Positions 19,714 through 31,404 of a stretch of 64,000 bases of DNA are shown in pieces. How positions within the stretch are numbered: position 1 is the first letter of the stretch; each line of letters opens with the position of its first letter. This DNA comes from Marinoscillum sp. (GTDB taxonomy: Bacteria; Bacteroidota; Bacteroidia; Cytophagales; MED-G16): positions 1,169-65,168 of the forward strand of contig JBELBJ010000006.1 in NCBI GenBank assembly GCA_042095375.1, read 5' to 3'. The position numbers and the translations under genes were made by a program. The notes under the pieces were generated by a model. That model did no database searches. It was not told the origin of the DNA and saw only the letters and a program-made list of their open reading frames with translations.

Positions 19714-21615
19714 TTGAAAAACAAGAGAAAGAAAAATAATAATTTTTTAGAGGGTATAGTTGATCATGTAAATAAAAGATACTGTTTTATTGAATGTGAA
19801 AAATTAAATAAAGATGTAAAAGTTTTTAATTTCAATATGAAAGGAGCTATTCATAAAGATAAAGTCTTATTTAGTCTAAATAATAAAATTAAAAATGAAG
19901 GAAAGGTAATTAAAGTATTAGAAAGAGATAGGAATATATTTGTTGGAAAAGTAGAGGATAATAAAGACTTTGCTTTTTTCATTCCTGATAACAAAAATAT
20001 TTATACAGATTTTTTTATTAAAAAAAATAATAAGGAAAAATATAACAAAAATATTAAAGTGCTAGCAAAGGTTACTAATTGGAATACTATTAGAAAACCA
20101 GAAGCTAGCATTATCAAAATACTTGGAAGAACTGGAGAAAATGAAACAGAAATAAATTCAATAATGTATGAATATGACTTGAATGAAAATTTTCCAAAAG
20201 ATGTTATTTATGAAGTTGATAATATAAATACTAAAATTGATAAATCAGAAATAAATAAAAGAAAAGACATAAGGAAATTAAGAACCTTTACAATTGACCC
20301 ATCTGATGCCAAAGATTTTGATGATGCATTATCTTTTCACGATAATAAGGATGGGTTTTTTAATGTTGGAATTCATATTGCAGACGTAAGTCATTTTTTT
20401 GATAAAAATAGCTCAATAAATAAAGAAGCTGAAAAAAGAGCAACCTCAGTTTATTTAGTTGATAGGACAATACCTATGCTTCCAGAAAAATTATCAAATT
20501 ATTTATGTTCATTAAGACCAAATTCAGACAGATTAACTTTTTCTGTAATGTTTGATATAAGTATTGAAGCAGAAATAAAAAATATTTGGATAGGTAAAAC
20601 AATTATTCATTCTGAAAAAAGGTTTACTTATGAAGAAGCTCAAAAATGTATAGAAAAAGGAGAAGATAAGTTTTCAAAAGGACTAAAAGTATTAAATACA
20701 ATTGGAAAAAAAATTAGAGAGAAAAGATTTAAAAATGGATCTTTTAATTTCAAAACAAATGAAGTTAAATTCATTCTAAATGAAAATAAAAAACCAATTA
20801 ATATTTATGAAAAAAAGAGAAAAGATTCTCATAAGATGATTGAAGAATATATGTTACTTGCAAACAAAATTGTTGCTGAAAAAGTTCAAAAAATAAAAAA
20901 TAAAAAAAATCCTTTTGTTTACAGAATACATGAAGAACCAAAAGCAGATAAGCTTGAAGAACTTAAAAATTATATTGCACAATTTGGATATAAAATCAAT
21001 ACTGAAGAAAAGATACTCTCAAAATCTTTAAATGACTTGATGCAAAAAATAAAAGATAAACCCGAAGAAAATTCTATTGAAAAATTTGCTATAAGGTCAA
21101 TGTCAAAAGCAAAGTATTCAATAAATAGAGAAAGACATTTTGGACTTTCATTTAATAATTATACTCATTTTACATCCCCAATAAGAAGATTTCCTGATAT
21201 AATGGTTCACAGACTTTTAAATAATTATTTAAATAATAAACTTTCAGAAGAAAACGGTTATTATGAAATTCTTTGTAAACATTCAACTAAAATGGAGATT
21301 CTAGCAACCAAAGCAGAAAGAGAATCTATTAAATTTAAACAAGTTGAGTATATGAGTAATTTTATCGACAAAGATTTTGATGGTATAATATCTGGAATAA
21401 ATGAGTGGGGTATTTTTGTTGAATTAATTGAAACAAAATGTGAAGGGTTAATTAAATTAAGTTCTATAAAAGATGATTTTTTTGATTTTGATAATATAAA
21501 TATGCAGATTATTGGAAAAAGGTCAAAGAAAAAATTTAAACTAGGAGAACAAATTAAAGTTAAGGTTATAGAAACCAATATAGAGAAAAGAACTATAGAT
21601 TTAGAACTTTTATAA
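19714..21615 (+). CDS. rnr: Ribonuclease R
   Basis: RNB catalytic-domain motifs (TIDPSDAKDFDDALS, HFTSPIRRFPDIMVHR) and a C-terminal S1 domain. TTG start. Confidence 0.9.
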   Translation: MKNKRKKNNNFLEGIVDHVNKRYCFIECEKLNKDVKVFNFNMKGAIHKDKVLFSLNNKIKNEGKVIKVLERDRNIFVGKVEDNKDFAFFIPDNKNIYTDFFIKKNNKEKYNKNIKVLAKVTNWNTIRKPEASIIKILGRTGENETEINSIMYEYDLNENFPKDVIYEVDNINTKIDKSEINKRKDIRKLRTFTIDPSDAKDFDDALSFHDNKDGFFNVGIHIADVSHFFDKNSSINKEAEKRATSVYLVDRTIPMLPEKLSNYLCSLRPNSDRLTFSVMFDISIEAEIKNIWIGKTIIHSEKRFTYEEAQKCIEKGEDKFSKGLKVLNTIGKKIREKRFKNGSFNFKTNEVKFILNENKKPINIYEKKRKDSHKMIEEYMLLANKIVAEKVQKIKNKKNPFVYRIHEEPKADKLEELKNYIAQFGYKINTEEKILSKSLNDLMQKIKDKPEENSIEKFAIRSMSKAKYSINRERHFGLSFNNYTHFTSPIRRFPDIMVHRLLNNYLNNKLSEENGYYEILCKHSTKMEILATKAERESIKFKQVEYMSNFIDKDFDGIISGINEWGIFVELIETKCEGLIKLSSIKDDFFDFDNINMQIIGKRSKKKFKLGEQIKVKVIETNIEKRTIDLELL

Positions 21616-21617
21616 AA

Positions 21618-22583
21618 ATGCAATTTGAAAAATATCACAAAGAAATTGATAAGAAATTATCTAAAATTAAATTAAATAATACTCCCAAAGAGCTTTATGA
21701 TCCTATAAGATATGTGCTTAAAATGAAAAGCAAAAGAGTTAGACCAATTCTAGCAATTCTAGCATATAAATTAGTAAATAGGAATTGGGAAAAAATTATT
21801 AAACCCTGTTTATCTCTAGAGTTATTTCATAATTTCACTTTAATTCATGATGATATAATGGACAAAGCTCTTATCAGAAGAGGAAAAAAAACTATTCATG
21901 AAAAGTGGAATAAGAATATAGGAATTTTATCTGGTGATCTTCTAATGATTTTAGCTTATAATATGTTATCAGGCCTACCAAAAAATATGCTATCAAAAAC
22001 GATAATAAGATTTAATGAAGTTTCAATTAAAGTATGTGAAGGGCAACAACTTGATATGAATTATCAAAAACTAAACCATATAAATGAAAAACAATATTTG
22101 GAAATGATAAGGCTTAAAACTGCTACATTAATTGGCTTAAGTCTTGAACTAGGTGGCTATTTAGCAAAAATGAATACTAATGAGATTAATACCCTTTATA
22201 AAATAGGTGAACTTTTTGGAATAGGGTTTCAACTGAGTGATGATCTTTTAGATGTATACGGAGACAAAAATTTTGGAAAAAAAATTGGAGGAGATATTTT
22301 AGAAAACAAAAACACTTTTCTATCAGTCAAAGCCTATGAATTAAGCAAAAAAGATGATAGAGAAAATTTAGATTACTGGAAAAAGAATAATAATTCATCA
22401 AAAGAAAAAATAAAAAAAATAACTGAAATATTTAATAAGCTTAATTTAAAAAAAATAACCGAAAAAAAAATTAAAATCTTTTTTGATCTTGCTTATAAAA
22501 AACTAGACTATCTTAAAATAAAAGAATTTGATAAGGAAGAATTAAAAAACTATTTAAATCTTTTGTTTGAAAGAAAAATATAA
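21618..22583 (+). CDS. Polyprenyl diphosphate synthase (trans-isoprenyl synthase family)
   Basis: Two Asp-rich motifs, LIHDDIMD and QLSDDLLD. Confidence 0.85.
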   Translation: MQFEKYHKEIDKKLSKIKLNNTPKELYDPIRYVLKMKSKRVRPILAILAYKLVNRNWEKIIKPCLSLELFHNFTLIHDDIMDKALIRRGKKTIHEKWNKNIGILSGDLLMILAYNMLSGLPKNMLSKTIIRFNEVSIKVCEGQQLDMNYQKLNHINEKQYLEMIRLKTATLIGLSLELGGYLAKMNTNEINTLYKIGELFGIGFQLSDDLLDVYGDKNFGKKIGGDILENKNTFLSVKAYELSKKDDRENLDYWKKNNNSSKEKIKKITEIFNKLNLKKITEKKIKIFFDLAYKKLDYLKIKEFDKEELKNYLNLLFERKI

Positions 22584-22859
22584 TTAATTGTTTGAGTTAG
22601 AAGGGATTTTGTCTATAACAGAAACAAAGGATCTGTTTTTCCTTCCTCTTTTAAAATTAACAACACCATTTTTCAATGCAAATAGAGTATGATCTTTTCC
22701 CATGCCAACATTTGTGCTAGGATGATGAACTGTTCCTCTTTGTCTTACAATAATGTTACCAGCTATAATTTTTTGACCACCAAATATTTTAATTCCAAGT
22801 CTTTTACTTTCTGATTCTCTTCCATTTTTAGAACTACCAGCTCCTTTTTTATGTGCCAT
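22584..22859 (-). CDS. rpmA: 50S ribosomal protein L27
   Basis: [22 protein letters not shown]... is the canonical L27 N-terminus. Confidence 0.95.
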   Translation of the reverse strand: MAHKKGAGSSKNGRESESKRLGIKIFGGQKIIAGNIIVRQRGTVHHPSTNVGMGKDHTLFALKNGVVNFKRGRKNRSFVSVIDKIPSNSNN

Positions 22860-22860
22860 T

Positions 22861-23169
22861 TTATTTTATACTTTTAATTAAAACTTTTGATAATGGCTGC
22901 CTATGGCCATTCTTAGTAGCATAACCTTTTCTTCTCTTCTTCTTAAAAACTATTTTTTTATCGTCCTTAAGGTGCTCTAAAATTTCTCCAGTGACTTTAG
23001 AACCCGATATCAAAGGTTTCCCTAAATTTATCTTACCTTTATTTTCTATAAATAAAACATCGTTAAAACTTATAGTTTTACCAACTTTTTCGTCCAATTT
23101 ATCAATATAGATAAACTTATCTTTTTCAACCTTATATTGCTTTCCTAAAATTTCTACTATTGCATACAT
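22861..23169 (-). CDS. rplU: 50S ribosomal protein L21
   Basis: I prefer the internal ATG at 23169, giving [14 protein letters not shown] (canonical L21 start). The track ORF extends 9 codons further, to 23196. Confidence 0.9.
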   Translation of the reverse strand: MYAIVEILGKQYKVEKDKFIYIDKLDEKVGKTISFNDVLFIENKGKINLGKPLISGSKVTGEILEHLKDDKKIVFKKKRRKGYATKNGHRQPLSKVLIKSIK

Positions 23170-23200
23170 GATAAAAAAATATACTAACTTAAACAATTTG

Positions 23201-23208
23201 CAAATTTA
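23201..23208 (-). promoter_or_regulatory. Bacteroidota-type -7 promoter box (TAAATTTG) for rplU-rpmA
   Basis: The reverse strand reads TTTG-N19-TAAATTTG, about 32 nt upstream of the rplU ATG. This matches the TTTG / TAnnTTTG consensus. Confidence 0.4.
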
Positions 23209-23279
23209 AAAGAATAAAGTAATTATTCAAATTTGTATAGCAAGAATAAATTTTTTTTAAAAAATTTTAGAAAAGCTTA

Positions 23280-23287
23280 TAAATTTG
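23280..23287 (+). promoter_or_regulatory. Candidate -7 promoter box (TAAATTTG) for an nrdBA leader transcript
   Basis: Exact TAnnTTTG match about 190 nt upstream of the nrdB ATG. There is no clean -33 TTTG, so the call is weaker. Confidence 0.3.
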
Positions 23288-23397
23288 TTTGGATTTTTTA
23301 ATCTTTTTTTTCAATATTGTAAAGCCTTGATTAAGATGAATTTTTTTGATGAAGTTTTAGTCTCTGTCGCTTCCAAACACAACATAATAAACCACTT

Positions 23398-23428
23398 TGA
23401 CTGAGTTTGACTGAGTCATGTTTTTTTT
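23398..23428 (+). terminator. Intrinsic-terminator-like hairpin inside the nrdB leader (candidate attenuator)
   Basis: tgactgag-tttga-ctgagtca forms an 8-bp stem with one G/G mismatch. It is followed by tg and T8 (23421-23428), 47 nt before the nrdB ATG. Confidence 0.45.
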
Positions 23429-23474
23429 ACAAAATTTATTTATAGATTTTGTGTTAATAATTTATTGTTAAAAT

Positions 23475-24458
23475 ATGAGTAATAAAAAAGAACCTATACT
23501 ATCAGATAATAAAGACAGATTTGTTTTATTTCCAATTGAACATGATGACATATGGAAATTTTATAAAAAAGCTGAAGCTAGTTTTTGGACAGCAGAAGAA
23601 ATAGATTTAAGTCAAGATCTCAAAGATTGGGAAGGGCTGAATGATGGAGAAAGGCATTTTATTAAACATGTACTTGCTTTCTTTGCAGCAAGCGATGGAA
23701 TTGTAAATGAAAACCTTGCAGAACATTTTGTTGCCGAAGTTCAATATACCGAAGCAAAATTTTTCTACGGTTTTCAAATTGCAATTGAAAATATACATTC
23801 AGAAACCTATTCTCTACTAATTGATACATATGTAGATGATCCCAAAGAAAAAGATAATTTACTACATGCTATTGAGACTCTTGATTGTGTTAAGAAAAAA
23901 GCTGACTGGGCCTTAAGATGGATTGATAATGGTTCATTTGCTGAAAGGTTGATTGCTTTTGCTGCAGTTGAAGGTATTTTCTTTTCGGGAAGTTTTTGTT
24001 CTATATTTTGGTTAAAGAAAAGAGGCTTAATGCCAGGATTAACTTTTTCAAATGAGTTAATTTCTAGAGATGAAGGTTTACATTGTGATTTTGCTTGTCA
24101 CTTATATACAAAACATGTTGTGAATACACTACCAAAAGAAACTGTTGTTGAAATAATAAAAGATGCAGTCGAAATGGAAAAAGAATTTGTCACTGATGCG
24201 CTTCCTGTTAAACTTATAGGAATGAACGCTAAACTAATGTGTCAATATATTGAGTTTGTTGCAGACAGATTATTGGTAGAGCTTGAATGTCCGAGAGTAT
24301 ATAATTCTAAAAACCCTTTTGATTTTATGGACATGATTTCTCTTCAAGGAAAAACTAACTTTTTTGAAAAAAGAGTTGCTGAATATCAAAAAGCTGGCGT
24401 TCTCAAAAAAGATGAAGAAAATGATAAACCGAAATTTTCACTAGACGAAGATTTTTAA
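23475..24458 (+). CDS. nrdB: Ribonucleotide reductase class Ia small subunit (eukaryote-like R2)
   Basis: Iron ligands and radical-Tyr context ([41 protein letters not shown]) and a C-terminal FSLDEDF tail. Confidence 0.95.
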   Translation: MSNKKEPILSDNKDRFVLFPIEHDDIWKFYKKAEASFWTAEEIDLSQDLKDWEGLNDGERHFIKHVLAFFAASDGIVNENLAEHFVAEVQYTEAKFFYGFQIAIENIHSETYSLLIDTYVDDPKEKDNLLHAIETLDCVKKKADWALRWIDNGSFAERLIAFAAVEGIFFSGSFCSIFWLKKRGLMPGLTFSNELISRDEGLHCDFACHLYTKHVVNTLPKETVVEIIKDAVEMEKEFVTDALPVKLIGMNAKLMCQYIEFVADRLLVELECPRVYNSKNPFDFMDMISLQGKTNFFEKRVAEYQKAGVLKKDEENDKPKFSLDEDF

Positions 24459-24471
24459 TTTAATAAGTTAT

Positions 24472-26835
24472 ATGCTTGTAATAAAAAGAGATGGTAGAAA
24501 AGAGTCAGTAAAATTTGATAAAATTACTGCAAGAATTGAAAAATTAAGTTATGGGCTTAATACCAAATATGTTAAAACTATTGAAATAGCAAAAAAAGTT
24601 ATTGATGGTTTGTATGATGGTGTTTCAACACAAGAACTTGACGAGCTAGCCGCAGAGACAGCAGCAACTCTTACAACAAAGCATCCAGATTATGCCGCCC
24701 TTGCTGCAAGAATTTCAATTTCTAATCTTCATAAAACCACAAGTAAATCTTTTTCAAATACAATTAAAAGGTTGTACACATACATAAATCCTAAAACTCA
24801 AGAGAATGCTTCTTTAATATCAAAAGATGTATATGGGATAATCAATAAAAATGCTGCAATATTAGACTCATCAATAATATATGATAGAGATTTTAGTTAT
24901 GATTATTTTGGTTTTAAAACTCTACAAAAATCATATTTATTAAAATTAGACGGTAAGGTTGTAGAAAGACCTCAACACATGCTAATGAGAGTAGCAGTTG
25001 GGATTCATCATGACGATATAGACTCTGTTATTGAGACGTATAATTTATTATCTGAAAAATGGTTTACTCATGCTACACCTACTTTATTCAATGCTGGAAC
25101 ACCTAAACCGCAGCTTTCTTCGTGCTTTTTATTAACGATGCAAGACGATAGCATTGATGGAATTTATAACACATTAAAGCAATGTGCAAAAATATCTCAA
25201 TCAGCAGGAGGTATTGGACTAAGTATACACAATGTAAGAGGAACGGGATCGTATATTAAAGGGACAAATGGAGTTTCAAATGGTGTTATTCCAATGTTAA
25301 GGAATTTTGATATGACAGCAAGATATGTCGACCAAGGAGGAGGCAAAAGAAAAGGAAGTTTTGCAATTTATCTTGAGCCATGGCATTGTGATGTTTTTGA
25401 ATTTCTTCAATTGAAAAAAAATCATGGGAAAGAAGAGCTAAGGGCAAGAGATCTTTTTTATGCTATGTGGATTCCAGATTTATTTATGAAAAGAGTAGAA
25501 GAAAATGGAAGTTGGTCTTTGTTTTCCCCAGACGAAGCTCCAAACCTTCATGAAACCTACGGTGAAGAATTTGAAAAACTTTATACTAAATATGAAAAAG
25601 AAGGAAAAGCAAGAAAAACTGTTAAAGCACAAGATCTATGGTTTGAAATACTTGAATCACAAATTGAAACTGGAAACCCTTATATTCTTTATAAAGATCA
25701 TGCAAATAACAAGTCTAATCAAAAAAATCTAGGAACAATAAAGTCTTCAAATTTATGTACTGAAATTATTGAATATACTTCTCCTGATGAAATTGCTGTT
25801 TGTAATCTAGCATCTATTGCATTAAATATGTTTGTTAAAGAAGATTCTACCTATGATTTCCAAAAATTGTATGATATTACTAAAGTAATCACAAAGAATT
25901 TGAATAAAGTAATAGATGTTAACTATTACCCAGTAGAAGAAGCTAAAAATTCAAATATGAGACACAGACCTATTGGAATAGGAGTTCAAGGGCTAGCTGA
26001 TGCATTTATTCTAATGAAATACCCATTTGATTCTGCCGAAGCAAAACAACTTAATAAAGATATTTTTGAAACTATCTACTATGCCGCAATGGAGGCTTCA
26101 ATGGAATTATCAAAGAAAGAAGGCCCTTACGAGACTTATAAAGGTTCCCCTGTTTCAAAGTCAATATTTCAATTTGATATGTGGGGTGTAACTCCCAAAT
26201 CAGGCAGATGGGATTGGACAAAACTAAAACAAAAAGTTAAAAAACATGGTGTTAGAAATTCATTATTGTTGGCGCCAATGCCTACAGCATCTACATCTCA
26301 AATTTTAGGTAATAATGAGTGTTTCGAACCATATACTTCAAATCTTTATACAAGAAGAGTTTTATCTGGAGAGTTTATTGTTGTCAATAAACACTTGCTT
26401 AATGATTTGATAGAACTTGATCTTTGGAGCGATAAAATGAAAGATAAAATAATGGAACAAAATGGTTCTATTCAAAATATAAATGAAATTCCTGATAATA
26501 CTAAATTATTATATAGAACTGTTTGGGAAGTTTCCCAAAAGAGTATAATAGAAATGGCCGCAGATAGAGGAGCATATATTTGTCAAAGTCAAAGTATGAA
26601 TATTCATATGCAAGATGCAAATTTTGGAAAATTAACATCTATGCATTTCCATGCTTGGAAATTAGGATTAAAAACTGGACTCTACTATTTAAGAACAAAA
26701 GCAGCTGCAGATGCAATTAAATTTACAATTGTAAAAGAAGAAAAAGAAAATTCAAAAGAGAAAAAATCAGAAAATCAAGAAGAAATTCAATGCTCAATTG
26801 ATAATCAGGATGACTGCGAAATGTGTGGTAGTTAA
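24472..26835 (+). CDS. nrdA: Ribonucleotide reductase class Ia large subunit with N-terminal ATP-cone
   Basis: ATP-cone start ([20 protein letters not shown]), active-site SSNLCTEI and [10 protein letters not shown], and a C-terminal CEMCGS redox pair. Confidence 0.95.
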   Translation: MLVIKRDGRKESVKFDKITARIEKLSYGLNTKYVKTIEIAKKVIDGLYDGVSTQELDELAAETAATLTTKHPDYAALAARISISNLHKTTSKSFSNTIKRLYTYINPKTQENASLISKDVYGIINKNAAILDSSIIYDRDFSYDYFGFKTLQKSYLLKLDGKVVERPQHMLMRVAVGIHHDDIDSVIETYNLLSEKWFTHATPTLFNAGTPKPQLSSCFLLTMQDDSIDGIYNTLKQCAKISQSAGGIGLSIHNVRGTGSYIKGTNGVSNGVIPMLRNFDMTARYVDQGGGKRKGSFAIYLEPWHCDVFEFLQLKKNHGKEELRARDLFYAMWIPDLFMKRVEENGSWSLFSPDEAPNLHETYGEEFEKLYTKYEKEGKARKTVKAQDLWFEILESQIETGNPYILYKDHANNKSNQKNLGTIKSSNLCTEIIEYTSPDEIAVCNLASIALNMFVKEDSTYDFQKLYDITKVITKNLNKVIDVNYYPVEEAKNSNMRHRPIGIGVQGLADAFILMKYPFDSAEAKQLNKDIFETIYYAAMEASMELSKKEGPYETYKGSPVSKSIFQFDMWGVTPKSGRWDWTKLKQKVKKHGVRNSLLLAPMPTASTSQILGNNECFEPYTSNLYTRRVLSGEFIVVNKHLLNDLIELDLWSDKMKDKIMEQNGSIQNINEIPDNTKLLYRTVWEVSQKSIIEMAADRGAYICQSQSMNIHMQDANFGKLTSMHFHAWKLGLKTGLYYLRTKAAADAIKFTIVKEEKENSKEKKSENQEEIQCSIDNQDDCEMCGS

Positions 26836-26867
26836 TTGAAATTACTTTTATAATCTATTTTAGAAAT

Positions 26868-27884
26868 TCAATTTTCTTTTAAAAAATTAATATGATTAAC
26901 TATACCTTTAGACGCATATTTTTTAATATTTTGGTTCTCATCCAGATAGATTAAAAAAACATCCAAATTTGTATTTTTCTCAACTATTTGAATTGATTTT
27001 TTTAATCCTAATACCATAAAAGCGGTAGCATAAGCATCTGCTTCTGTACAGTATTTATGGAAAACAGATGCACTTAATATATTAGATTTAGAAGAAAAAC
27101 CCGTTATTGGATCTATTGTATGTGTAATTATCGTATTATTTTTTTTATAAAAATTTCTATAATTTCCAGATGTAGCTAAAGATCTATCTACTAAACTTAC
27201 TGATGCAAATGGAAAATTACTATTGCTTTCAAGTGGATCATCAATCCCAATTATCCAATTTTTATTTTTATTAAGGCCACTACAACGTACCTCTCCTCCA
27301 ATTTCTATCATAAAACTTTTAATATTTTTTCTAATTAAAAATTCTGCGAGCATATCTACAGCATACCCTTTTGCTATAGCACTAAAATCTAAATAGATAT
27401 TTAAATTATTTCTAACTGCAATTTTATCATCAAAATATATTTGATTGAAACCTACATTTTTTAAAGTTTCAATAACTTTTAAAGTATCGGGTGTTTTTAA
27501 GATTTTTCTAGGCCCAAAACCCCATAAATTTACTAGTTTACCAATTGTAGGATCAAATGATCCTTCGTTAGCCTTATATATGTCATCACTGATTTTTAGA
27601 ATATCATACAATTCATTACTTATATTAAATAATGTATCAACATTATTCAAAGTTGAAAGTTCAGAATCTGATATATACGTAGAAAGTAAATTATTAAAAT
27701 CAACTAGAATAGAATCTATCTCTGATTTATAATTTATTTTTTCTTTATCAAGATATTTAATATTATAAGAAATATTACCCATAGTAATGCCTCTAATTTT
27801 TATTAAATGCTTGTTTTCATCTGAATAATTCCATAGAATTATTATGATTAAAATAAAAAATGAAAAAAATATAAAGTTGCGCAT
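26868..27884 (-). CDS. apbE: FAD:protein FMN transferase (ApbE family)
   Basis: FDPTIGKLVNLWGFGP and AIAKGYAVD motifs, with an N-terminal membrane anchor. Confidence 0.85.
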   Translation of the reverse strand: MRNFIFFSFFILIIIILWNYSDENKHLIKIRGITMGNISYNIKYLDKEKINYKSEIDSILVDFNNLLSTYISDSELSTLNNVDTLFNISNELYDILKISDDIYKANEGSFDPTIGKLVNLWGFGPRKILKTPDTLKVIETLKNVGFNQIYFDDKIAVRNNLNIYLDFSAIAKGYAVDMLAEFLIRKNIKSFMIEIGGEVRCSGLNKNKNWIIGIDDPLESNSNFPFASVSLVDRSLATSGNYRNFYKKNNTIITHTIDPITGFSSKSNILSASVFHKYCTEADAYATAFMVLGLKKSIQIVEKNTNLDVFLIYLDENQNIKKYASKGIVNHINFLKEN

Positions 27885-27917
27885 ACAAATAATTTATAAA
27901 TTAGTAAAAAAGTCTCT

Positions 27918-28940
27918 ATGCGAGAAGAATATCTTGAACCAAATAATAATTTAAATAAAAAAGATAAAGAATTCGAAAATTCTCTTAGACCTTCAAATCT
28001 AAATGAGTTCTACGGTCAACATAAAATAGTAGAAAACCTTAAAATTTTTATTGAAGCAGCAAATAAAAGAAAAGAGTCCTTGGATCATGTTTTACTTCAT
28101 GGTCCCCCAGGATTAGGAAAAACCACATTATCATATATTATTGCTCAAGAATTAAAATCAAATATAAAAGTTACTTCTGGTCCTATTATTGATAAACCTG
28201 GTGATCTTGCAGGATTACTAACAAATTTAGAGACCGGTGATGTTTTATTTATTGATGAAATTCATAGGATAAACCATTCTATTGAAGAATACCTTTACTC
28301 TGCAATGGAGGACTTTAAGATAGATATAATGATAGATTCTGGTCCTAGTGCTAAAACTGTTCAAATTCAATTAAATCCCTTTACATTAATTGGAGCTACT
28401 ACAAGATCTGGGTTATTATCGGCACCCTTAAGATCAAGATTTTCAATAAATTCAAGATTAGGATACTATAAACCTAATATTTTAAAAAAAATTATAGAAA
28501 GGTCGTCTAAAATATTAAATGTGCCAATAGATAATGATGCTGCAAATGAAATTTCTAAAAGAAGTAGAGGAACTCCACGAATACTAAATAATTTACTAAG
28601 AAGAGTTAGAGATTTTGCAGAAATAAAAGGAAAGGGTAAGATTACAAATGAAATTACTCAAATTGCTCTTAAAGCTTTAAATGTAGACCATAATGGATTA
28701 GATGAAATGGATAATAAAATAATTAAAACAATAATTGAAAAATTTAATGGAGGGCCTGTAGGAGTAAAAACAATTGCAACCGCTTGTAGTGAAGAAGCTG
28801 GAACAATTGAAGAAGTTTACGAACCATACCTGATTCAAGAAGGTTTTATAAAAAGAACAAATAGAGGGAGAAAAATTACAGAACTAGGTTATAAGCATAT
28901 GAAAATCCCACATCCAAAAAATAATCTTCTTTTTGATTAA
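27918..28940 (+). CDS. ruvB: Holliday junction DNA helicase RuvB
   Basis: Walker [12 protein letters not shown], Walker B LFIDEIHR, and [17 protein letters not shown]. Confidence 0.95.
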   Translation: MREEYLEPNNNLNKKDKEFENSLRPSNLNEFYGQHKIVENLKIFIEAANKRKESLDHVLLHGPPGLGKTTLSYIIAQELKSNIKVTSGPIIDKPGDLAGLLTNLETGDVLFIDEIHRINHSIEEYLYSAMEDFKIDIMIDSGPSAKTVQIQLNPFTLIGATTRSGLLSAPLRSRFSINSRLGYYKPNILKKIIERSSKILNVPIDNDAANEISKRSRGTPRILNNLLRRVRDFAEIKGKGKITNEITQIALKALNVDHNGLDEMDNKIIKTIIEKFNGGPVGVKTIATACSEEAGTIEEVYEPYLIQEGFIKRTNRGRKITELGYKHMKIPHPKNNLLFD

Positions 28941-29864
28941 ATGTCTAAAAACAAAATAACTGAAATTATTAAAAAAAAAGCTGTTGAGTTGGGTTTCAGC
29001 AGCTGTGGAATATCTCAAGCAAGATTTTTAAAAGAAGAAGAAAAAAAGTTTGAAGACTGGCTTAACCATGGGTACCATGGTTCGATGGATTACTTAAATA
29101 AAAACTTTGACAAAAGGTTAGATCCAAGAAAACTTGTTCATGGTTCAAAATCAGTAATTTCATTAACTTATAATTATTATCCTCCAAAAAAATTAGCAGG
29201 AAAAAATAACTTTATAATATCAAAGTATGCATACGGAAAAGATTATCATAAAATATTAAAAAAAAAACTTAGAAAATTATTTTTTTTTATGAAAGAAAAT
29301 ATTGGGAATATAGAAGGAAGAGTTTTTGTGGATTCAGCACCTGTACATGAAAGAGCTTGGGCAAAATTATCAGGATTAGGTTGGATTGGAAAAAATTCAC
29401 TTTTAATAAATAAAAAGATGGGTAGTTATTTTTTTATTGCTGAAATTATAAGTGATTTAGATCTAGAATATGATTCTCCTGTTTCAGATATGTGTGGAAA
29501 ATGTACAAGATGTATTGATGCTTGTCCCACCGACGCAATAACAAAAGCTCAAGTAATAGATGCCCAAAAATGTATTTCTTATTTGACAATCGAAAACAAA
29601 AAAAAAATACCTAAAGAATTACAAAAAAATATGAATGGATATATTTTTGGATGTGATATATGTCAGGAAGTATGTCCTTGGAACAGATTTTCTAAACCAC
29701 ATAATGAAGAAAGCTTTTTGCCTAATAAAGAAATTAAAAAATACAGAAAAAAAGATTGGATTGAATTAACGGAAGAAACGTTTAATATTATTTTCAAAGG
29801 ATCAGCTATAAAGAGAACTAAGTACAAAGGATTAAAAAGAAACATTAAAGCATATTTAAATTAA
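28941..29864 (+). CDS. queG: Epoxyqueuosine reductase QueG
   Basis: Two 4Fe-4S motifs (CGKCTRCIDACP, CDICQEVCPWN) in a QueG-length protein. The start directly follows the ruvB stop. Confidence 0.9.
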   Translation: MSKNKITEIIKKKAVELGFSSCGISQARFLKEEEKKFEDWLNHGYHGSMDYLNKNFDKRLDPRKLVHGSKSVISLTYNYYPPKKLAGKNNFIISKYAYGKDYHKILKKKLRKLFFFMKENIGNIEGRVFVDSAPVHERAWAKLSGLGWIGKNSLLINKKMGSYFFIAEIISDLDLEYDSPVSDMCGKCTRCIDACPTDAITKAQVIDAQKCISYLTIENKKKIPKELQKNMNGYIFGCDICQEVCPWNRFSKPHNEESFLPNKEIKKYRKKDWIELTEETFNIIFKGSAIKRTKYKGLKRNIKAYLN

Positions 29865-29869
29865 ATCTA

Positions 29870-29920
29870 AAATTTTGTCATTTAACAAAATTTAAACAAT
29901 TAAAACAATTTTAATTGTTT
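29870..29920 (+). terminator. Two tandem AT-rich hairpins downstream of queG (possible terminator)
   Basis: aaattttgt-N6-acaaaattt (29870-29893) and aaacaattaaaa-caa-ttttaattgttt (29894-29920). The T-runs are weak, so this is low confidence. Confidence 0.35.
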
Positions 29921-29955
29921 AATGAATTTAATTTTGATTTATAATTTTAAAAGTT

Positions 29956-31404
29956 ATGAATTATAATTTTGGGAAAATAATACTTATAATTTTATCATTA
30001 ATCAGTTATAAAGGAGTAAGTCAAAAAGCAAAAATTGAAATAGAACCAAATAAAATTGGAATTAATGAATCATTAATTATAACAATTACTATTGAAAATG
30101 AATCATTAAAAAATTATAGTAATTTCCCGGACATAAATGGCTTTACTAAAGGAGGAAGATCTTCATCTAGCTCAAGTAATTACATTAATGGAAAAATGAA
30201 CACAACACAAAGTATAATACAAAATTATATACCAAATAAAATAGGTATTATTAAAATTCAATCGTTTTATATGCAAATCAATAATCAAACAGTTAGATCC
30301 ATAGAAAAAGATATAGAGATAGTAGAAAGAAGTAATAGTAAAAAACATAATCCTTTGAATAACTTTTTTGATCCATTTGATAACTTTTTTAATAAAAACA
30401 GAAACATAGAATTCATTGATATAGAAGCTGATGCCTTTTTAAGTTTAAATACAAACAAAAAAGAAATTTTTGTAGGAGAAGGCTTTAATATTACATTATC
30501 ATTATTTGTAAGTGAAAATAATAGAGCAGATATGAGATTTTTTGATTTAGGAAGACAATTAACAGAAATTATTAAAAAAATTAAACCTGAAAATTGTTGG
30601 GAAGAAAATTATAATATAGAAAATATAAATAGTGTTATGACAAATATTAATAATAAAAGATACAATGAATATAAAATTTTTGAAGCAACATATTTTCCAT
30701 TTAATGAAGGAAGAATTTTGTTTCCAAAATTAGAATTGGATTTGATTCAATATCAGATAGCAAAAAATCCAACTTTTTTCGGTCAGAATAAAAAAGAAAA
30801 AATAAAAAAATTTGTTTCAAAACCTATTTCAGTTAGCGTTATCGATCTTCCTTATCATCCACAAAAAGAAAACGTTGCCGTTGGAAAGTTTCAGCTAAAT
30901 GAAGCTATTGATTCCACCAATTTGTCTACAGAAAAAAGCTTTAATTATGATTTTGAAATTATTGGAAATGGAAATATCAATGCAATTAGAGAACCTAAAA
31001 TAGATATTGAAAATTTTGATTTTTATCCCCCAAATATTTTACAAAATATAAATAGAAATAAAAAAAAAATTTATGGGTCAAAAAAATTCAAATATCATGT
31101 AATACCAAAAGAACCAGGAAAATATGATTTTTCTGATATTAAATGGGTTTTCTTTGATCCATATGAGAAAAAATATGATACATTAAAGTCTCAAGTAATA
31201 GTAGATGTTTCCGGATTAAGTACAAAGAATAAAGAAATAGAGTCAAATGAATATGACAATTATTATAAAAATAAAATAATTGAAGAGGATAATACTTTAA
31301 AATCAAAAAAAAATAATCGTTATCAATTATTTCTTAATTTTACAGTTATAAGCTTATTGGTAATTATAATAATTTTGATTATTAAAAAATATAATAATGA
31401 ATAA
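29956..31404 (+). CDS. BatD family protein
   Basis: Signal peptide, then the BatD N-terminal pattern ([20 protein letters not shown]...INGK...) and a C-terminal TM anchor. No other bat genes are adjacent. A TAATTTTG box lies at 29929-29936. Confidence 0.55.
   Translation: MNYNFGKIILIILSLISYKGVSQKAKIEIEPNKIGINESLIITITIENESLKNYSNFPDINGFTKGGRSSSSSSNYINGKMNTTQSIIQNYIPNKIGIIKIQSFYMQINNQTVRSIEKDIEIVERSNSKKHNPLNNFFDPFDNFFNKNRNIEFIDIEADAFLSLNTNKKEIFVGEGFNITLSLFVSENNRADMRFFDLGRQLTEIIKKIKPENCWEENYNIENINSVMTNINNKRYNEYKIFEATYFPFNEGRILFPKLELDLIQYQIAKNPTFFGQNKKEKIKKFVSKPISVSVIDLPYHPQKENVAVGKFQLNEAIDSTNLSTEKSFNYDFEIIGNGNINAIREPKIDIENFDFYPPNILQNINRNKKKIYGSKKFKYHVIPKEPGKYDFSDIKWVFFDPYEKKYDTLKSQVIVDVSGLSTKNKEIESNEYDNYYKNKIIEEDNTLKSKKNNRYQLFLNFTVISLLVIIIILIIKKYNNE

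Noticed and set aside
23475-26835. Eukaryote-like RNR (R2 tail FSLDEDF, R1 tail CEMCGS) as a horizontal-transfer oddity
   Set aside because: Eukaryote-like class Ia NrdA/NrdB are, to my knowledge, normal for Bacteroidota. The radical Tyr context and ATP-cone on NrdA are canonical, so there is nothing unusual beyond the leader described in the findings.
29956-31404. BatD as evidence for a Bat aerotolerance operon
   Set aside because: Only the BatD-like gene is present. No batA/B/C/E or MoxR/VWA neighbours are in the window, so no operon-level claim is justified.
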